In this document: one piece after another, positions 59,815-64,000 of the stretch
How positions within the stretch are numbered: position 1 is the first letter of the stretch
How the letters are laid out: each line of letters begins with the position of its first letter
Assembly (NCBI GenBank): GCA_024685775.1
Contig: JAIKVL010000033.1
Coordinates: 7,908-71,907, forward strand
Direction of reading: 5' to 3'
Source of the DNA: Clostridia bacterium
GTDB lineage: Bacteria > Bacillota > Clostridia > Christensenellales > CAG-1252
DNA: 64,000 nt
The notes under the pieces: generated by a model
Seen by the model: only the letters and a program-made list of their open reading frames with translations
The model's database searches: none
What the model was told of the DNA's origin: nothing
Program-made: the position numbers and the translations under genes

Positions 59815-60321
59815 CTATAAAACGCGACAAAGCAAGCAGGAAAAAACCGTCCCCGCAAAAGTCGCCGCAAGGGCGATCGCGATCGCGCCTTTATATTTTT
59901 TGATCTTCGTTCCGCTCGCATACAAAGCCGCGACGTAAAACACCGTTTCGCTGCTTCCGACGATGACGCTCGCGACGCGCGCCGGATAACTATCCGCGCC
60001 GAAACGCGCGTAGACGTCGGACAGAAGCGCGAGGGAACCGGAGCCGCTCATCGGGCGGACGACGATGAGTTCGGTGAGTTCCGAGGGGATCCCCAAGACG
60101 CGAAAGGCGGGCGAAAGGAAGGAAGCGAGCGCGGAAGACAGACCGCTCGACTCGAAAAGCGACACCGCGATCAGGACGGCGGCAAGATAGGGAAAAAGAT
60201 CCGCCGCAAGGCGAACCGCGCCTTTCGCGCCCTCGATAAACGCATCGAACACGGGGACGCGGCGAATGGCGGCGATCAAAAAATTCAACCCGATAAACGC
60301 GGGAAGGACGTAGACGCTCAT
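59815..60321 (-). CDS. spmB: Spore maturation protein B (nucleoside-recognition/Gate-domain membrane protein)
   Basis: ATG 60321 overlaps the spmA stop as ATGA. The translation is MSVYVLPAFIGLNFLIAAIRRVPVFDAFIEGAKGAV...VRPMSGSGSLALL. The ORF track starts at 60474. Confidence 0.8.
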   Translation of the reverse strand: MSVYVLPAFIGLNFLIAAIRRVPVFDAFIEGAKGAVRLAADLFPYLAAVLIAVSLFESSGLSSALASFLSPAFRVLGIPSELTELIVVRPMSGSGSLALLSDVYARFGADSYPARVASVIVGSSETVFYVAALYASGTKIKKYKGAIAIALAATFAGTVFSCLLCRVL

Positions 60322-60872
60322 TTCCGTCTGCGAAAGAGAAAGCAAAGCAAAACGCCGATCCCCGCCGTAAGAAGAGTGCAAAGCGCGGTCGGCAAAAAGA
60401 TATCGGACGGCGACGCGCTCCCCGCGCCCGCGCGCAGGGCGATGATCGTCCCCGGGATCAACTGCACGCCGCAAGCGTTTAAGACGATAAAAAGGACGGC
60501 GTTATCCGTCGCCTCTTCCTTTTCCCCCTGCATCAAGGCGGTCGCGCGGATCCCGAGCGGTGTGGCGGCGCCGCCCACTCCGAGGAAATTCGCCGCGAGG
60601 TTTTGGGAAATAAGATCGTGCGCCTCGTCCGATTCCCCCTTGAATAATCTCCTCGTCAGAGGGCGAAACAGGCGCGAAACCGCCTTCGTTACGCCGTTTC
60701 TTTGCATCACGCCGAGGACGCCGAGCCATAAGGCGTAGACCGCGAGCATCTTGATCGACAGCGCGACGGCATTTTCCGCGCCCGCAAGCGCGGCGGAGAT
60801 CGCCCCTTCGGGATCCGTGAAAAGTATATATCCGATCGAAGAAAAAACCATCAGAAAAAAGACGACGCTCAT
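60318..60872 (-). CDS. spmA: Spore maturation protein A (nucleoside-recognition/Gate-domain membrane protein)
   Basis: AENAVALSIKMLAVYALWLGVLGVMQRNGV...ISQNLAANFLGVGGAATPLGIRA. Confidence 0.8.
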   Translation of the reverse strand: MSVVFFLMVFSSIGYILFTDPEGAISAALAGAENAVALSIKMLAVYALWLGVLGVMQRNGVTKAVSRLFRPLTRRLFKGESDEAHDLISQNLAANFLGVGGAATPLGIRATALMQGEKEEATDNAVLFIVLNACGVQLIPGTIIALRAGAGSASPSDIFLPTALCTLLTAGIGVLLCFLFRRRK

Positions 60873-60920
60873 AAAAATATGCTATTCCGCAAAAGCGCGA
60901 AATAGCACGAAACGAAACGA

Positions 60921-60945
60921 AAAAAAGGGGGCGAGCCCCTTTTTA
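60921..60945 (-). terminator. Intrinsic terminator after the 105-aa gene
   Basis: On the minus strand it reads GGGG-CTCG-CCCC followed by T7. The stem is short, and an A/T run on the other side makes it potentially bidirectional. Confidence 0.5.
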
Positions 60946-60950
60946 TCCTT

Positions 60951-61268
60951 TCAAATCGAACTTTCCGAAAGCGATTCCCATTCCCACTCGCCGTTCGTTG
61001 TTTCTACGTCAGAACCCAAAAGTAATTCCTTGCAGTTGGGTTCAAACCAAGGGTTCTTACAAAGTATCATATAAGCAGCAGTACATCTGCCCCAATCCTC
61101 ATTGCTGTCGTTTCCCCAATACGTCAAGACACCGCCTTCTTCAATCTCACCCTTACGCAACCCGGCTTCGTCGAAGATCTCGTCAATCGCCTGATACACC
61201 TTCTTCAGATTGATGACGTTCTCCCGCAGGATCTTTTCTTCATTCATTTGGATCTTCATTCCGAACAT
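60951..61268 (-). CDS. Hypothetical 105-aa acidic, Trp-rich protein
   Basis: ATG 61268 is preceded by AAGGAGAAAGG. The translation is MFGMKIQMNEEKILRENVINLKKVYQAIDEIFDEAGL...EWEWESLSESSI. I recognise no family. Confidence 0.55.
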   Translation of the reverse strand: MFGMKIQMNEEKILRENVINLKKVYQAIDEIFDEAGLRKGEIEEGGVLTYWGNDSNEDWGRCTAAYMILCKNPWFEPNCKELLLGSDVETTNGEWEWESLSESSI

Positions 61269-61310
61269 ATTCCTTTCTCCTTTTTGTATTAAAATGAATC
61301 CGGTAAGCCT

Positions 61311-62081
61311 TTACTCCGCGTGAGAAGATTCTTTCGGCGACAGCAACGCTTGATACGCGCGCCGATCCCGCTCGGAGAAAACGCAGAAAACGACCTTTTC
61401 AAGGCTTCGGTTTTCGGACGAAAGAAAGGCGCGCACCGCGCCGACCGCGATCGCGGCGGCTTCCCCGTTCGGATAGCCGAAAACGCCCGTCGATAAAGAG
61501 CAAAACGCAAGGGAAGAAAGCCCCGTTTCGTTCGCTTTTCTCAAACACGACTCGTAGCAGCTTTTGAGATCCTCGGCGTCCTTTTCACTTCCCGAATAAA
61601 TAGGTCCGACCGTATGGAAAACGTACTTTGCGGGGAGATTATAGCCTTTCGTAACCTTGCACTTTCCGTTCGGCTCGTCATGCCCCTGCTCTTTCATGAC
61701 CTTCATCAGATCCCGCCTGACCTGCAAACCCGCGAAGGAATGGATCGCGTTGTCCACGCAATGACACCCGGGCGCGAAGCATCCGAGCAACCTGCGATTG
61801 CAAGCGTTTACGATCGCGTCAACCGCGAGAAGGGTGATATCCCCTTGATACAGGCAGATCTTCCCCTCGATCGATTCGATCTCGCCCGCGGAAACGACTT
61901 TTTTCGACGCAAGGATCGTTTGCAAGACGGCGTCCTGCCTCTCGTAAAATTCATCGCCGAGCGAAAACGGCATCGTGACGTTTTGCAGCGCGCGGAACGT
62001 CTCCTCGCTCGAAGAAAACGCGCTGGGATCTTCCCCGTTTTGCTTCGCGAGATATTCGACGCACCAAGAAAGATCGCTCAT
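61311..62081 (-). CDS. Macrodomain protein-ADP-ribose hydrolase
   Basis: ATG 62081 overlaps the upstream stop as ATGA. It has LYQGDITLLAVDAIVNACN, VDNAIHSFAG, VTKGYNLPAKYVFHTVGP and LAFCSLSTGVFGYP. The ORF track start at 62288 lies inside the upstream gene. Confidence 0.8.
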   Translation of the reverse strand: MSDLSWCVEYLAKQNGEDPSAFSSSEETFRALQNVTMPFSLGDEFYERQDAVLQTILASKKVVSAGEIESIEGKICLYQGDITLLAVDAIVNACNRRLLGCFAPGCHCVDNAIHSFAGLQVRRDLMKVMKEQGHDEPNGKCKVTKGYNLPAKYVFHTVGPIYSGSEKDAEDLKSCYESCLRKANETGLSSLAFCSLSTGVFGYPNGEAAAIAVGAVRAFLSSENRSLEKVVFCVFSERDRRAYQALLSPKESSHAE

Positions 62082-62470
62082 CGAATCTCTTCGGGCGCGG
62101 TGAAAAAGCTGAATTTGACCGCTTTCGCGTCGGTCAGTTTGAACGTGGCGAAGCGACCGTCGCCCGCCGTATAAAGTCCTTTCGGACCGGTCGGATCCGC
62201 CAGAACCGCGTCTTGGACTTCGATCCGATCGTCCTCTACGAGCGTAGCCGTAACGCGAAGCCACGAAGTTTGATCGTACATTCCGCAAAGTTCCACCTTC
62301 GGATTCGCCGCGATCTGCTTATAGACTTCCTTGAAGTTCCCGCAGCAGATAAACGCTTCCCCTTCGAATTCGGTAACGCTTCCGAACGGGCGAACCCTCG
62401 GCTGATCTTTCTCGACCGTCGCGATATAAAACACGCCGACCTTTTTGAGTTCTTCCACGATTTTATTCAT
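62078..62470 (-). CDS. Pyridoxamine 5'-phosphate oxidase-like (FMN-binding split barrel) family protein
   Basis: The protein is 130 aa: VGVFYIATVEKDQPRVRPFGSV...FICCGNFKEVYKQIAANPKVEL. The RBS is AAAGGAGA. Confidence 0.7.
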   Translation of the reverse strand: MNKIVEELKKVGVFYIATVEKDQPRVRPFGSVTEFEGEAFICCGNFKEVYKQIAANPKVELCGMYDQTSWLRVTATLVEDDRIEVQDAVLADPTGPKGLYTAGDGRFATFKLTDAKAVKFSFFTAPEEIR

Positions 62471-62591
62471 ATTATCTCCTTTTGAAAGGTTACCCTTCCC
62501 GAAAAACGGTTTTACGACACCCGGTCATTCCTTCCGTTTCGTCATGCGGCGACAAAGGCAGTAAACGAAGCAGATGCGCCCTTATCCGCGC

Positions 62592-63992
62592 TCAACCAAG
62601 GGCGCGGAACTTCTTAACCCCCACCACTTTCAACCAATACGCCAAGCCCACGTCGACTCCCGCGAACAAGACCGCGAGGATCAAGACGTAAAATCCGTCC
62701 CACATATATCGACCGACCCAAAGATACAGAGCCATAAGCGCCATCATAAACAGGTACTCCGAAAAGACGGAGATCAAGACGCTTGGCGATTGCTTCAACG
62801 CGACGACTTCGCTCGTCCATTTGAGATCGGGTTTGAGAAGGTTCAAAACCAAGCCGTACTCCGCGGTAAACAGCATAAACGCGAGGACCAAAAAGATCAT
62901 TAAGACCGAGGAGAGCGCGCTCGCCCCGATCGCGTAAAGAGCCGCCGCCGAGACGAAGAGGACGGGGACGACCGTCAAAACGACGTGCATCGCGATCTTC
63001 GCGATGAAAACCTGCTCCGTGCGGATCGGCAGAGAAAGCAAGATCCAAATGCGGTTTCCTTCCAGCGTGACGGAAGGCGCGGTCAGATCATTTCCCGAGG
63101 AAAGCAGGCAGACGATCCCCGCCGCGAGGATCAAGCCTTCGCTTCTCGGCAAGACCTGCCCGATCGCGCCCGTCAAAGCGCGGATCTTCGCGCCCATAAT
63201 GAAGAAGAACACGCCCGCGACGAGCATCATCAGCGTCCCGAACGAGCAGTTCAAAATGTAGTTCGGGCTGGACCCGTACCGTTTGAGTTCGCGCGTCAAA
63301 AGCGAAGCCCCGACTTTCGCCACGCGAATCTTTCCCTTTTTCGCTTTCACGGAAGCGGACTTTTTCGCCGTCGAAAAGCGAATGTAATTCTTCGTCAGAA
63401 GGAAATACGCCAAAAAGAACAAGCCCGCCGAGATCGAAGAGAAGATCAGCATCGACAAAGGATTGCCTTCCGCCGCGACCCCCATATGATAAAACGGGAA
63501 CATCCACTTTTTGATCGCTTCCGGGACGGTCGTCAGTTGCATAAGTTTCATAACCGCCGACTGCGCCTTGAAGTACAGGAAGTAATACAAAGCGAGCATC
63601 AAGATCGAGATCGCGACGGTAAAAACGGTCTTGCTTTTGACCTTTCGGACGATCGCCGCGACGACGAAGCCGAGCGCGATCGACAAGGCGACGACGAACG
63701 CCGTCACGAAGACGGAGAGCAACAGCGTGTTCACGACGCAAAGCACCGTGACTTTGCGATAGATCACACGCGCGAGAAACGCGGGAATCAAGACGAGCGC
63801 TTCATACAGCGCCGCCATGATCGCGACCGAAAACACGCGCACGAGGACGATCTTCGAAGGCGGGATCGGAAGGGAGAGAAGAAGCTCGTTATCCTTCGCG
63901 TCGAACACCGAAAAATAGGTGTTGAAGACGCTGCCGAGGATCCCGAGCGCGATCGCGATCAGACCCATTACGAAATAGTAAAGACTCATCAT
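62592..63992 (-). CDS. ABC-2/putative ABC-exporter type polytopic permease
   Basis: The protein is 466 aa with about 12 hydrophobic helices, including DNELLLSLPIPPSKIVLVRV. The start ATGATG lies 8 nt from the window edge, and a longer N-terminus cannot be excluded. Confidence 0.65.
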   Translation of the reverse strand: MMSLYYFVMGLIAIALGILGSVFNTYFSVFDAKDNELLLSLPIPPSKIVLVRVFSVAIMAALYEALVLIPAFLARVIYRKVTVLCVVNTLLLSVFVTAFVVALSIALGFVVAAIVRKVKSKTVFTVAISILMLALYYFLYFKAQSAVMKLMQLTTVPEAIKKWMFPFYHMGVAAEGNPLSMLIFSSISAGLFFLAYFLLTKNYIRFSTAKKSASVKAKKGKIRVAKVGASLLTRELKRYGSSPNYILNCSFGTLMMLVAGVFFFIMGAKIRALTGAIGQVLPRSEGLILAAGIVCLLSSGNDLTAPSVTLEGNRIWILLSLPIRTEQVFIAKIAMHVVLTVVPVLFVSAAALYAIGASALSSVLMIFLVLAFMLFTAEYGLVLNLLKPDLKWTSEVVALKQSPSVLISVFSEYLFMMALMALYLWVGRYMWDGFYVLILAVLFAGVDVGLAYWLKVVGVKKFRALG

Positions 63993-64000
63993 ATCGTCGC

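Noticed and set aside
61311-62081. The macrodomain gene as a DarG-like antitoxin of a DarTG toxin-antitoxin system.
   Set aside because: There is no DarT/DUF4433-like gene adjacent. The macrodomain protein lacks the C-terminal DarT-binding extension. The upstream partner is a PNPOx-like flavoprotein.
1-64000. A search for tRNA, rRNA, tmRNA, transposase/IS elements or integrases.
   Set aside because: No cloverleaf-compatible conserved tRNA motifs (for example GGTTCGAATCC-type T-arms), rRNA-like stretches, terminal inverted repeats with transposase ORFs or recombinase motifs were seen in the intergenic regions. This was by visual inspection only; tRNAscan-SE, Infernal and ISfinder would be definitive.

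Overview
The window looks like chromosomal DNA from a spore-forming Clostridia-type Firmicute. Supporting gene content: spmA/spmB, a KOW gene between map and infA, zinc-type S14 and L36, and class III RNR. No taxon can be named from sequence alone. Almost all genes are on the minus strand. The centre (26.5-42.4 kb) is a complete S10-spc-alpha ribosomal cluster running rpsJ to rplQ, including secY, adk, map, infA, rpmJ and rpoA, with a consensus promoter and a bidirectional terminator. To its right lie housekeeping units: a surface protein, a hydrolase, metF / MetH activation domain / metH, tmk, an nrdD / TrxR-like / nrdG operon with NrdR boxes, VanW, spmAB, and a macrodomain operon. The left 26 kb is accessory-like. 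It holds a GLUG-motif surface protein, two paralogous Ig-repeat envelope proteins, and about 3 kb of intergenic DNA filled with one-orientation modular hairpin repeats that surround a small GIY-YIG nuclease gene. It also holds a fused ABC ATPase-permease. The most unusual item is a six-gene operon (25.57-15.84 kb, minus strand). This operon joins a membrane-anchored McrB-type AAA+ GTPase and a nuclease-less, coiled-coil McrC-like partner to two SipW-type signal peptidases, a TasA-like secreted protein and a degenerate-EAL protein. I found no rRNA, tRNA, CRISPR array or transposase. Family assignments come from reading motifs in the translations and no database search was run. Many very long antisense ORFs in the track are compositional shadows.
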